Assembly: GCF_021054785.1 (NCBI RefSeq)
Contig: NZ_CP088239.1
Coordinates: 180,001 to 212,000, forward strand
Direction: 5' to 3'
Length of the DNA stretch: 32,000 nucleotides
Source of the DNA: Tannockella kyphosi
Lineage (GTDB): Bacteria > Bacillota_I > Bacilli_A > Erysipelotrichales > Coprobacillaceae
In this document: piece by piece, positions 14,868 through 23,183 of the stretch
Position numbering within the stretch: position 1 is the first letter of the stretch
How the letters are laid out: each line of letters begins with the position of its first letter
The notes under the pieces: generated by a model
Told to the model about the DNA's origin: nothing
Database searches by the model: none
What the model saw: only the letters and a program-made list of their open reading frames with translations
Position numbers and translations under genes: made by a program

Positions 14868-17150
14868 ATGTTAATGAAAAAATTGTTTCGAACAATGTGG
14901 ATATATAAAGCACAATTTATATCTATGATTGTCATGTTGAGTCTTGGTATGGGAATATTTGTTGGGTTTAATGTAGAATGGTATTCTATTGAACAAAACA
15001 CGTCACTGTTTATGGAAGAGACAGGATATGCAGACTATCGCATTATTTCTACGACTGGATATTTAGAAGAGGATGTTAAAAAAATAGAAGATCTGTATGG
15101 CGAAGAATATGTAAGTAGATATGTTGACTTCAATGCAACAATAGAGAGTACATCACTAACTAATAAGGATACACTTACTGTGACAGTAACTGAAAATGAG
15201 AATGTTTCAGGTTTTATACTTAGTCAAGGGGAACCTTATGATGCATCTGATGATGAGGGGATTTGGATTGGAGAGAAGTATGCATCAGAAAATAATATAG
15301 AATTAGGTGACACTATTTTATTTACTTATAATGGATTAGAAATAGAAGGTATTGTAAAAGGTCTTGTACAGTCTGGTGAATTTATGATTAGTCTACAAGA
15401 TGATACACAAATTATGCCAGATTATACAAAACATGGATATGCGTATATTTCTCCAGTGTTGTTAGAATCAACATTTGGAGTGACTTATTATCCCCAAATT
15501 CATGTTATTAGTAGTCAAGAAAAAGAGGAGTTTAACCTAGCGGTTGACAAAGCACTTGGGGAAACTTCTATGATATTAACAAAAGATGAAAGTGCTTCTT
15601 ATGCGGGAAGTCAAGGTGAGGTAGAAGAAGGGAAGATAATGGGAACAATTCTACCAGCAATATTTTTGTTGATTGCTACATTGACAATGGTGACAACGAT
15701 GGTTCGAATCACAGATAAAGAAAAAACTCAAATAGGAACACTGAAAGCACTTGGATTTAAAAATAGAAAAATAGTCATACATTATATTTTATATGCTGTT
15801 ATTATTGGAGTAATTGGAGCAATTCTAGGATTGTTATTAGGTTATGCAGTAGGTTATTTTATATTTAATCCACAAGGTTCTATGAGTACTTATTTAGAAA
15901 TGCCATATTGGGACTTATATACTCCTGGATTTGTTCTTGTTGTTATGGTTGGTGTTATTGTATTATTGATGTTGATTGCATTCTTATCGGTAAATAAGAT
16001 ATTGAAAAAATCTGCATCAGAAATTCTAATAGTTACTTCAAGTAAAACAGTAAAACCAACAAAATTAGAACAAGGTAAATTATTTCATAAATGCTCTTTT
16101 GGTGTCAGATGGAATTTGCGAGATATGATTCATAATAAAGCACGTACTGGAATGAGTATCCTTGGAGTTATAGGATGTATGGTGATAGTACTTGCATCCC
16201 TTGGTATGCAAGATACGATGGAATATTTTGTTTCGAATTATTATGAAGGTGCTATGAATTATGCATCTAGAATCTATTTATCAGATGATGCAACAGAGCA
16301 AGATATTACGGATTTAATGGATACTTATCAGACAGATACAAGTGCTAGTGTATCAGTTAAAATTGAAGATGAAGCAGTGTCGTTAGATATTTATCATATT
16401 GAAAATGATTTTGTTAAATTCTTATCGAATGAGGCTGATTATCTTGAATTAAAAGATGATGGGGCATATATTTGTACAAGAATTGCAAATGAGTATGAAC
16501 TAGAAATTGGTGATGAAATAACAGTATCACCATATGGTGATACGCAAGAATATACAATGATAGTTTCAGGTATTTTGAGTTCAGTATCAAAAAATATTGT
16601 TATCTGTGATGAATATGCAAAACAAATAGGTATATCTTATCAAATAGATTCTTTGTATACAGACATTGACGATATTTCGTTACAATCAGGTATTAAATCA
16701 ATACAAACAAAAGAAGATATTATTTCTTCATTTGATGTATTTATGGAAATTATGGATACAATGATTATTCTATTAGTAGGTGTAGGAGTTATCTTAAGTA
16801 TTGTTGTTTTATATAATTTAGGAGTCATGAGTTATACAGAACGTTACCGAGAAATGGCTACATTAAAAGTGTTAGGATTCAAAGATAAAAAAATATCGGC
16901 CTTACTGATTGGCCAAAACCTTTGGTTATCTTTTGTAGGGATTATAATAGGAGTCCCTTTAGGTTATTTTGTCCTTGATTATCTAATGGATGCCATGGCA
17001 GATGAATACGAAACAGTTGTATATATTGCAGGTAGTACGTATGCAATCAGTATATTATTAAGTATTGGTGTTACTCTTTTCATTGCACTGATGATATCAA
17101 GAAAAAATAAAAAGATAGATATGGTAGAAGCACTAAAAAATTCAGAATAA
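14868..17150 (+). CDS. ABC transporter permease with two FtsX domains (MacB/YbbP-like)
   Basis: TAGGAGGA SD upstream. The pattern TM1, large extracytoplasmic domain, three TM helices occurs twice. Each FtsX-domain junction has a matching motif (KEKTQIGTLKALGFKNRKI and YREMATLKVLGFKDKKI). Confidence 0.9.
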   Translation: MLMKKLFRTMWIYKAQFISMIVMLSLGMGIFVGFNVEWYSIEQNTSLFMEETGYADYRIISTTGYLEEDVKKIEDLYGEEYVSRYVDFNATIESTSLTNKDTLTVTVTENENVSGFILSQGEPYDASDDEGIWIGEKYASENNIELGDTILFTYNGLEIEGIVKGLVQSGEFMISLQDDTQIMPDYTKHGYAYISPVLLESTFGVTYYPQIHVISSQEKEEFNLAVDKALGETSMILTKDESASYAGSQGEVEEGKIMGTILPAIFLLIATLTMVTTMVRITDKEKTQIGTLKALGFKNRKIVIHYILYAVIIGVIGAILGLLLGYAVGYFIFNPQGSMSTYLEMPYWDLYTPGFVLVVMVGVIVLLMLIAFLSVNKILKKSASEILIVTSSKTVKPTKLEQGKLFHKCSFGVRWNLRDMIHNKARTGMSILGVIGCMVIVLASLGMQDTMEYFVSNYYEGAMNYASRIYLSDDATEQDITDLMDTYQTDTSASVSVKIEDEAVSLDIYHIENDFVKFLSNEADYLELKDDGAYICTRIANEYELEIGDEITVSPYGDTQEYTMIVSGILSSVSKNIVICDEYAKQIGISYQIDSLYTDIDDISLQSGIKSIQTKEDIISSFDVFMEIMDTMIILLVGVGVILSIVVLYNLGVMSYTERYREMATLKVLGFKDKKISALLIGQNLWLSFVGIIIGVPLGYFVLDYLMDAMADEYETVVYIAGSTYAISILLSIGVTLFIALMISRKNKKIDMVEALKNSE

Positions 17151-17201
17151 TGACATAGTATTTTAACATTTTCATTTCAGATCAAAAAAATAAAAAATAG
17201 T

Positions 17202-17230
17202 TTGACATAGGTATATTAGAATGGTATACT
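17202..17230 (+). promoter_or_regulatory. consensus extended -10 promoter of the infC-rpmI-rplT operon
   Basis: TTGACA (17202-17207), 17-nt spacer, TGg-TATACT (17222-17230). Confidence 0.7.
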
Positions 17231-17384
17231 TGGCTAGTAAATAAAAAGTAGTGGAAAGAAGAAGTGCCTACTTCTCGCCCGATTGAAAATATCGATGGGC
17301 TAATGTCGCTAAGATAAATAAACTATCTTAATGTCAATTTGTGGGTACTACGTACTCACTTTTTATTTTAACTACTAACAGGAG
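17231..17384 (+). promoter_or_regulatory. structured 5' leader of infC operon, consistent with the Firmicute L20 leader (transcription attenuator)
   Basis: Several hairpins are visible: AGAAGT-GCCT-ACTTCT, GCCCGAT...ATCGATGGGC and TAAGATA-aataaac-TATCTTA. A terminal hairpin GTGGGTAC-tac-GTACTCAC (17341-17359) is followed by TTTTTATTTT and lies just before the infC SD. Confidence 0.6.
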
Positions 17385-17393
17385 GTGGCTTTT

Positions 17394-17933
17394 ATTAGCA
17401 GATATTCAAATCAAAAACCAGTAAAACAAGAAGAATTAGTAAATGAAAAAATTCGTTTCAAAGAAGTATTAGTTATTGGTGACGACGGTGAACAAATAGG
17501 TGTATTACCAACAAGACAAGCAATCGAACTTGCTTACAGTAAAGAGTTGGACTTAGTGTGTGTGGCTCCAAATGGTAAACCACCAGTATGTAAAATTATC
17601 GATTTCGGTAAACATCGTTTTGAACAACAAAAGAAAGTTCGTGAAATGAAAAAGAATTCTAAAGTTGTAAGCTTAAAAGAAACACAATTATCAGTGACTA
17701 TTGATACACATGATAAAAACGTGAAACTTAAAAGAACTTTAAAATGGTTAGAAGAGGGTGACAAAGTTAAAATCGCTATTCGTTTTAAAGGAAGACAGTT
17801 AGCTCACATCGATCTTGGGGAAAAGATTTTGAATGACTTCGTGGCTGAATGTCAAGAGTTTTGTACAGTTGAGAAACCTGCCAAAATGGAAGGTCGTACA
17901 TTAACTGCGATACTAGCACCAAAAAAGAAATAA
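17394..17933 (+). CDS. infC: translation initiation factor IF-3, probable AUU start
   Basis: VNEKIRFKEVLVIGDDGEQIGVLPTRQAIELAYSKELDLVCVAPNGKPPVCKIIDFGKHRFEQQKK is classic IF-3. The ORF-track GTG at 17385 lies inside the SD AGGAGGT (17380-17386). The first plausible in-frame initiator is ATT at 17394, 7 nt after the SD. Confidence 0.9.
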   Translation: MSRYSNQKPVKQEELVNEKIRFKEVLVIGDDGEQIGVLPTRQAIELAYSKELDLVCVAPNGKPPVCKIIDFGKHRFEQQKKVREMKKNSKVVSLKETQLSVTIDTHDKNVKLKRTLKWLEEGDKVKIAIRFKGRQLAHIDLGEKILNDFVAECQEFCTVEKPAKMEGRTLTAILAPKKK

Positions 17934-17951
17934 TTTAGGAGGAAATCAGTT

Positions 17952-18146
17952 ATGCCAAAAATGAAAACACATAGCGGGTTAAAAAAACGCGTTAAAAGAA
18001 CAGGTAGTGGGAAATTAAAACGTGGTCATGCTTACACATCTCACTTATCACACAACAAGTCTCATAAACAAAAGAAACATTTAGCGAAAGCTACATTAAT
18101 CAGCAAATCAGATTACAAACGTATTAAAACTAGATTACCTAAATAG
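17952..18146 (+). CDS. rpmI: 50S ribosomal protein L35
   Basis: [40 protein letters not shown] upstream. Confidence 0.97.
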   Translation: MPKMKTHSGLKKRVKRTGSGKLKRGHAYTSHLSHNKSHKQKKHLAKATLISKSDYKRIKTRLPK

Positions 18147-18173
18147 TAAAGAATATTGACGGAGGAATAAAAT

Positions 18174-18533
18174 ATGGCAAGAGTTAAAGGCGGATTTACT
18201 ACAAGACGTAGAAGAAAAAAAATATTAAAATTAGCCAAAGGATACTATGGTTCAAAACACACTTTATATAAAACAGCTAACGAACAAGTAATGCATTCAT
18301 TAGCATATTCATATAGAGATAGAAGACAAGTAAAAAGAGATATGAGAAAATTATGGATTGCTCGTATCAACGCTGCTGCAAGAATGAATGATATTTCATA
18401 TTCAAAATTAATGCACGGATGTAAAGTTGCTGGTATTGAAATTAACAGAAAAATGTTATCAGAAATCGCAATTCATGATCCTAAAGGATTTAGTGCAATT
18501 GTAGAACAAGCAAAAGCTGCATTAGCAAAATAA
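18174..18533 (+). CDS. rplT: 50S ribosomal protein L20
   Basis: [40 protein letters not shown]...[15 protein letters not shown]. Confidence 0.97.
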   Translation: MARVKGGFTTRRRRKKILKLAKGYYGSKHTLYKTANEQVMHSLAYSYRDRRQVKRDMRKLWIARINAAARMNDISYSKLMHGCKVAGIEINRKMLSEIAIHDPKGFSAIVEQAKAALAK

Positions 18534-18534
18534 T

Positions 18535-18558
18535 AACCTGTTTATACAGGTTTTTTTT
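18535..18558 (+). terminator. rho-independent terminator of the infC operon
   Basis: AACCTGT (18535-18541), loop TTAT, ACAGGTT (18546-18552), then a T run through 18558. Confidence 0.8.
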
Positions 18559-18594
18559 ATTGTCAATTATACTAGAAGAGGCATTTTCAGAAAA

Positions 18595-18620
18595 TAAAAA
18601 AGTTCCTAGGAACTTTTTTT
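18595..18620. terminator. bidirectional terminator (serves the minus-strand phosphoesterase gene)
   Basis: Perfect palindrome AGTTCCTAGGAACT (18601-14) flanked by an A run and a T run. It ends 1 nt before the minus-strand stop codon at 18622-18624. Confidence 0.75.
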
Positions 18621-18621
18621 G

Positions 18622-19140
18622 TTAGAAAAATGAGAATCGATGCTTTTCAACTTCTTGGAATGGATCACATGCTTCACCAGTTTCAACACTATAGAACGTA
18701 ACATTGAATGTTTCTGTATCCATAATAGCGTAGGTCTTTACTCGAAAAGCTCCTCTAGGTAAACTAACTGATCCAGGATTAATACATAATACACCATTTA
18801 TTTCTTCTTTGAATGCAACATGAGTATGTCCAAAGAAACAAATACTAGCACCCATTTGTTTTGCTTTATTCGCTAATTCTTCTTTCGAGTATTCTACATA
18901 ATAATAATGTCCATGAGTTGCATATATTGTAAGTCCATCAATAGTAGTAACTATTTCTTGAGGGCTGTCAGTATAGTCGTTATTTCCTCGAACTACATAA
19001 CAAGAGGAAAGTGGTAAAGGTGTATAAGGCATATAAATATCTCCACAATGGAAGTAACAATCTACTTGTTTTGATTGCATTATTGATAGTAATTCATTTT
19101 TACTTAAGTAGTGTGAGTCAGAAACAATCATTATTTTCAT
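18622..19140 (-). CDS. YfcE/YsnB-family metallophosphoesterase (MJ0936-type phosphodiesterase)
   Basis: Calcineurin-like motifs in order: MIVSDSHY, HCGDI, VRGNND, THGH, FGHTH. Confidence 0.85.
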   Translation of the reverse strand: MKIMIVSDSHYLSKNELLSIMQSKQVDCYFHCGDIYMPYTPLPLSSCYVVRGNNDYTDSPQEIVTTIDGLTIYATHGHYYYVEYSKEELANKAKQMGASICFFGHTHVAFKEEINGVLCINPGSVSLPRGAFRVKTYAIMDTETFNVTFYSVETGEACDPFQEVEKHRFSFF

Positions 19141-19149
19141 TTTATATCA

Positions 19150-19199
19150 TCCTTTCCTTTAATATGCTATAATACTAGCATATAATTGGTAGGAAAGGA
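19150..19199. promoter_or_regulatory. nested inverted repeats across the divergent promoter region (mirror-image SD sequences plus inner palindrome over the -10 boxes)
   Basis: Outer repeat: TCCTTTCCT (19150-58) / AGGAAAGGA (19191-99), which are the SDs of the two divergent genes. Inner repeat: TATGCTA (19163-69) / TAGCATA (19176-82). It overlaps TATAAT at 19168-73 and 19181-86. Confidence 0.5.
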
Positions 19200-19208
19200 A
19201 GTGATTAG

Positions 19209-19913
19209 ATGAAAGGATTTATATCTTTTGAAGATGTGAAAAAGACTTATATTGTAGGGGATATTGAGATAAAGGCAGTAGATGGAATCAACTTCAATAT
19301 TGCTAAAGGAGAGTTTGTAGTAGTGATAGGGCCTTCAGGTGCTGGGAAGTCTACTGTTTTAAATATTTTAGGTGGAATGGATCTAGCAACAAGTGGGACA
19401 ATCATGGTAGATGAACAAGATATTACCAACTATGATGAAAAGGAATTAACTCAGTATCGAAGAGATGATATCGGGTTTGTTTTTCAATTCTATAATTTAG
19501 TTCAAAATCTTACAGCTTTAGAAAATGTAGAACTAGCTAATCAAATATCGAAAGATCCTTTAGATGCACGAAATGTCATGGAAAAAGTTGGTTTAAAAGA
19601 TCGTATGAATAATTTTCCGGCACAACTTTCAGGTGGAGAACAACAACGTGTGGCGATAGCCAGAGCAATTGCTAAAAATCCAAAACTATTGTTATGTGAT
19701 GAACCAACAGGAGCATTAGATTATCAAACAGGTAAACAAATTTTATCTTTATTACGTGAAATGTGCGATAACTATGGTATGACAGTGGTGGTAATTACGC
19801 ATAATGGGGCTTTAGCTCCAATGGCTGATCGTGTTATTCAAATAAAAAATGGTCAAGTTAGTAAGAAGTATAAAAATAAAAATATTCAATCTATTGAAGA
19901 GATAGAGTGGTAG
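19209..19913 (+). CDS. ABC transporter ATP-binding protein, MacB/FtsE-like (paralog of 14154-14855)
   Basis: Walker [48 protein letters not shown]. It has the same C-terminal ...IEW ending as the first ATPase. Confidence 0.95.
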   Translation: MKGFISFEDVKKTYIVGDIEIKAVDGINFNIAKGEFVVVIGPSGAGKSTVLNILGGMDLATSGTIMVDEQDITNYDEKELTQYRRDDIGFVFQFYNLVQNLTALENVELANQISKDPLDARNVMEKVGLKDRMNNFPAQLSGGEQQRVAIARAIAKNPKLLLCDEPTGALDYQTGKQILSLLREMCDNYGMTVVVITHNGALAPMADRVIQIKNGQVSKKYKNKNIQSIEEIEW

Positions 19914-19914
19914 T

Positions 19915-22900
19915 ATGAAAAAAAGAGCGTACATAAAAAACCAAATAATAGGTATTAAGAAGACAAAAGCTAGATTTTTATCTATTTTTGTTATTGTCTT
20001 TTTAGGTTCGGCTTTTTATGCAGGGCTGAGACATGCACCGACTATTATGGAAAATTCTATTGAAGAATATTTGATAGATTATGGTTTTGAAGATATTGAT
20101 ATAATTGCAACACTAGGGTTTAGTCAAAAAGATATTAGTTATTTAGATGATATTGAAGAGATAGATGAATATCAAGTAGGTTTGCGTTATGATGCTTTGT
20201 TATCGTTTCAAGGAACTGATTTTGGGGTTATCGTATATACACAAGATGATTTTTCAAGCAGTGTGAATCAGGCTGTATTGTTATCAGGAGATTATCCTGA
20301 AAGTGATAATGAATGTTTAATTGATAATGAATTTGCAGTAGATCAAGGACTAGGGGTTGGTGATGTTATTTCTTTAACCTCAGCTTATGATGATAAGATA
20401 TATGTTATATCAGGAATAGCACAAGATACTCGTTATATGTCGATTGTAGAACGTGGAACAAATAGCTTAGGTGATGGGTCTAATTCGGCTTATGTAATGA
20501 TGTATACGGTTGGTAATGAGAGTATGGCATTGCCTGATGATTTATATGAATTAAGAGAAGAAGAAGTTTTATATAATGATATTCGTATTACTTTAAAGAA
20601 TGAAGAAGGATATTCTTTGTTTAGTGAAGAGTATGATACTTATGTACGAAGTGTTAGTTATGAGATAAACAATATTTATCATCAGTTATTTGATGATTTA
20701 TATAGTGAAATGATGGATGAGTATACTACTTTGTATGAAGAAGGGTATCAAGAATACTTAGAAGGATATGAAGAGTATGTAGTAGGATATGCTACTTTTG
20801 AAACAGAGATGGCTAGTGCTAAATTACAAATTATTGAAGCTAAAAAAGAATTAATTGAAAATGAACAATTATTATTAGAAGCACAAATATCAATGCAGGA
20901 TTCTTTAGAAGAGATACCTGATGAAATAGCTAAGTTACAAGAAAATCTTGCTATCTTACAAGATGAATTAAATATTACGAGAGAGCAGTTAGAACAACAA
21001 GATTATCAAGATGTTGATTTAGAGAGTTACTTAAGTACACTTGATGAACAGTTAACAGATATTCAAGTTGAATTGGGTACTTTAGAAGGTACAACTAGTG
21101 ATTTATTAGCTTATAATGAAGCAAGTTTATTATTAGAAGAGGCATCTTTGGATATTCAAATAGCAGAGAATGAATTATTAATACAAGAAATTGAGTTGGA
21201 ACAAGAGTTTACGGAAGCAAAAACTGCTTTAGAAGAGGCGAATGTTCAATTAGAAGAAGCAAAAGAAGAGTTAGATTCTATACCGGAAGGAACGATTATT
21301 ACTCTTACTAATAATGAGAATGGTGGTTTTGTTACTTTTGAGGCAAATGCAGCATCGATAGAATCCATTTCTTTTATCTTTCCACTATTGTTCTTTTTAG
21401 TAGCAGCACTTGTTAGTTTGACTACTATGACAAGAATGATAGAAGAACAAAGATTACAAAGTGGTACTTTGTTGGCATTAGGTTATTCGAAACAAGATGT
21501 TTTAATGCAATATGTTGGTTATGCTTTATTAGCAACACTTTTTGCTAGTGTTTTAGGTATTTTATTTGGGGTTGCTTTTTTTCCTTGGATTATTTATTTC
21601 TTATATACTAGTATTTTGTATGGGGTACAAGCACCAATACAAATAAGTTTTGATGCTATTGTTTGTATGCAAACTATTTTTATAGCTGTTATTATTACAT
21701 TAGTAGTTACTGTATATGTTTGTTATGGAGAATTAATGGATTTACCAGCTACATTATTAAGACCAAAAGCACCTAAATCAGGGAAAAGAATTTTATTAGA
21801 AAGAATTCCATTTATTTGGAAACGTTTATCTTTTAATCGTAAGGTTACGATGAGAAATATTTTCCGATATAAAAAGCGTTTTATTATGTCTGTAATTGGG
21901 ATAGCTGGGTGTAGTGCATTGATTGTTACTGGATTTGGGTTACGTGATTCTATTGCCCAAGTAGTTACTGTGCAATTTGGTGATATATGGCATTTTGATG
22001 CGACAATATCTTATAGTGAGTCAGTGGGGCAACAAGATGTTGATGAGTTAGAAGAATTATTGATAGAACAAGGATCAATTAGTGCAATCAATAGTGTTTA
22101 TAGTCAAACTACTCTTTTTGCTGGAGAAACAAAAGATTATGCAGGATATGTGGTGGTACCAGAAAATAGTACAGATTTTTCAGACTTTGTTTCTGTTATT
22201 GATAAAGATAGTGAGGAAGAGTTACTGTTAGAAGATGATGGAGTTATTATTAATGAAAAATTAGCAGAGCTATTGGATGTAGAAGTAAATGATACAATTA
22301 GTGTAACGTTTGATAATAGTACTTATGTAGTCAAAGTATCTGGTATTTGCCAACATCATTTTATGCATTATATGTATATGTCTAAAACATATTATGAAAG
22401 CTTAACAAGTAGTGATGTAAAATATAACAATGCTTATGTTATGACGACAAGTACGACTCAATCAACACTAGATAGTCTAGGAGAAAGGTTGATGGAACTT
22501 GATGAAGTATCTGGAACTACCTTTATGTCAACAACTTCTGAAACATTCCAAACACAATTACAAAGTGTGAATAGTGTAGTTGTTATTTTAGTAGTATGTG
22601 CTGGGTGTTTAGCGTTTGTAGTACTTTATAATTTAACGAATATTAATATACAAGAACGAAAGAGTGAGATAGCAACTATCAAAGTGTTGGGGTTCTATAA
22701 AAAAGAAGTCGATGATTATGTATTTAGAGAAAATATGTTGTTATCATTTATAGGGGCTATCGTAGGCTGTGTTCTAGGGAAGTTGATACATATGTATTTA
22801 ATGCCAACTATTGAAATAGAGATGACTATGTTTGTTCGAGAAATATCATATTCTACCTATTTAGTAGCCATTGCATTAACAATGATCTTTACTTTTATCA

Positions 22901-22968
22901 TTAATCATAAAATGAGTAAGGTAATTAAGAAGATTGATATGGTTGAGTCTTTAAAGAGCGTAGAATAG
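19915..22968 (+). CDS. 1017-aa double-FtsX ABC permease with a ~200-aa coiled-coil insertion in the first extracytoplasmic domain
   Basis: The ATG is 1 nt after the ATPase stop. Two FtsX junction motifs are present (EEQRLQSGTLLALGYSKQDV and ERKSEIATIKVLGFYKKEV). A heptad-like, E/L/Q-rich stretch from about aa 256-460 (nt ~20680-21290) precedes the second TM helix. Confidence 0.9.
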   Translation: MKKRAYIKNQIIGIKKTKARFLSIFVIVFLGSAFYAGLRHAPTIMENSIEEYLIDYGFEDIDIIATLGFSQKDISYLDDIEEIDEYQVGLRYDALLSFQGTDFGVIVYTQDDFSSSVNQAVLLSGDYPESDNECLIDNEFAVDQGLGVGDVISLTSAYDDKIYVISGIAQDTRYMSIVERGTNSLGDGSNSAYVMMYTVGNESMALPDDLYELREEEVLYNDIRITLKNEEGYSLFSEEYDTYVRSVSYEINNIYHQLFDDLYSEMMDEYTTLYEEGYQEYLEGYEEYVVGYATFETEMASAKLQIIEAKKELIENEQLLLEAQISMQDSLEEIPDEIAKLQENLAILQDELNITREQLEQQDYQDVDLESYLSTLDEQLTDIQVELGTLEGTTSDLLAYNEASLLLEEASLDIQIAENELLIQEIELEQEFTEAKTALEEANVQLEEAKEELDSIPEGTIITLTNNENGGFVTFEANAASIESISFIFPLLFFLVAALVSLTTMTRMIEEQRLQSGTLLALGYSKQDVLMQYVGYALLATLFASVLGILFGVAFFPWIIYFLYTSILYGVQAPIQISFDAIVCMQTIFIAVIITLVVTVYVCYGELMDLPATLLRPKAPKSGKRILLERIPFIWKRLSFNRKVTMRNIFRYKKRFIMSVIGIAGCSALIVTGFGLRDSIAQVVTVQFGDIWHFDATISYSESVGQQDVDELEELLIEQGSISAINSVYSQTTLFAGETKDYAGYVVVPENSTDFSDFVSVIDKDSEEELLLEDDGVIINEKLAELLDVEVNDTISVTFDNSTYVVKVSGICQHHFMHYMYMSKTYYESLTSSDVKYNNAYVMTTSTTQSTLDSLGERLMELDEVSGTTFMSTTSETFQTQLQSVNSVVVILVVCAGCLAFVVLYNLTNINIQERKSEIATIKVLGFYKKEVDDYVFRENMLLSFIGAIVGCVLGKLIHMYLMPTIEIEMTMFVREISYSTYLVAIALTMIFTFIINHKMSKVIKKIDMVESLKSVE

Positions 22969-23060
22969 GGTTACTAATATGCTAAATATAGTGAATATAT
23001 TTAGGATTATATAAAATGTGATAAAAATATGAAATTTTATCAAATAAAGATAAAATCATA

Positions 23061-23086
23061 AAAACCCTTATAAAATAAGGGTTTTT
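23061..23086 (+). terminator. rho-independent terminator after the second ABC operon
   Basis: AAAACCCTTA (23061-70), loop TAAAA, TAAGGGTTTT (23076-85), then T. Confidence 0.75.
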
Positions 23087-23183
23087 ATTGTATATAGTGA
23101 ATTTTATAATAGAAAAAACATGGAAAAGCACCTAAAAAAAGTGTATAATTACAAGTGGATATATTATTGAAAGGAGGCAACAA

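Noticed and set aside
17385-17393. GTG at 17385 as the infC start
   Set aside because: The GTG is part of the SD AGGAGGT itself, so there is no spacer. ATT at 17394 is preferred.
22983-23005. AT-only hairpin CTAAATATA-gtgaa-TATATTTAG after the second permease gene
   Set aside because: The stem is purely A/T with no T run. The real terminator is the GC-containing hairpin at 23061-23086.
23087-23183. Possible c-di-AMP (ydaO-type) riboswitch upstream of the NlpC/P60 gene
   Set aside because: Such riboswitches often precede NlpC/P60 genes. However, the available leader is under 100 nt, extremely AT-rich, and shows none of the paired GC-rich helices expected.
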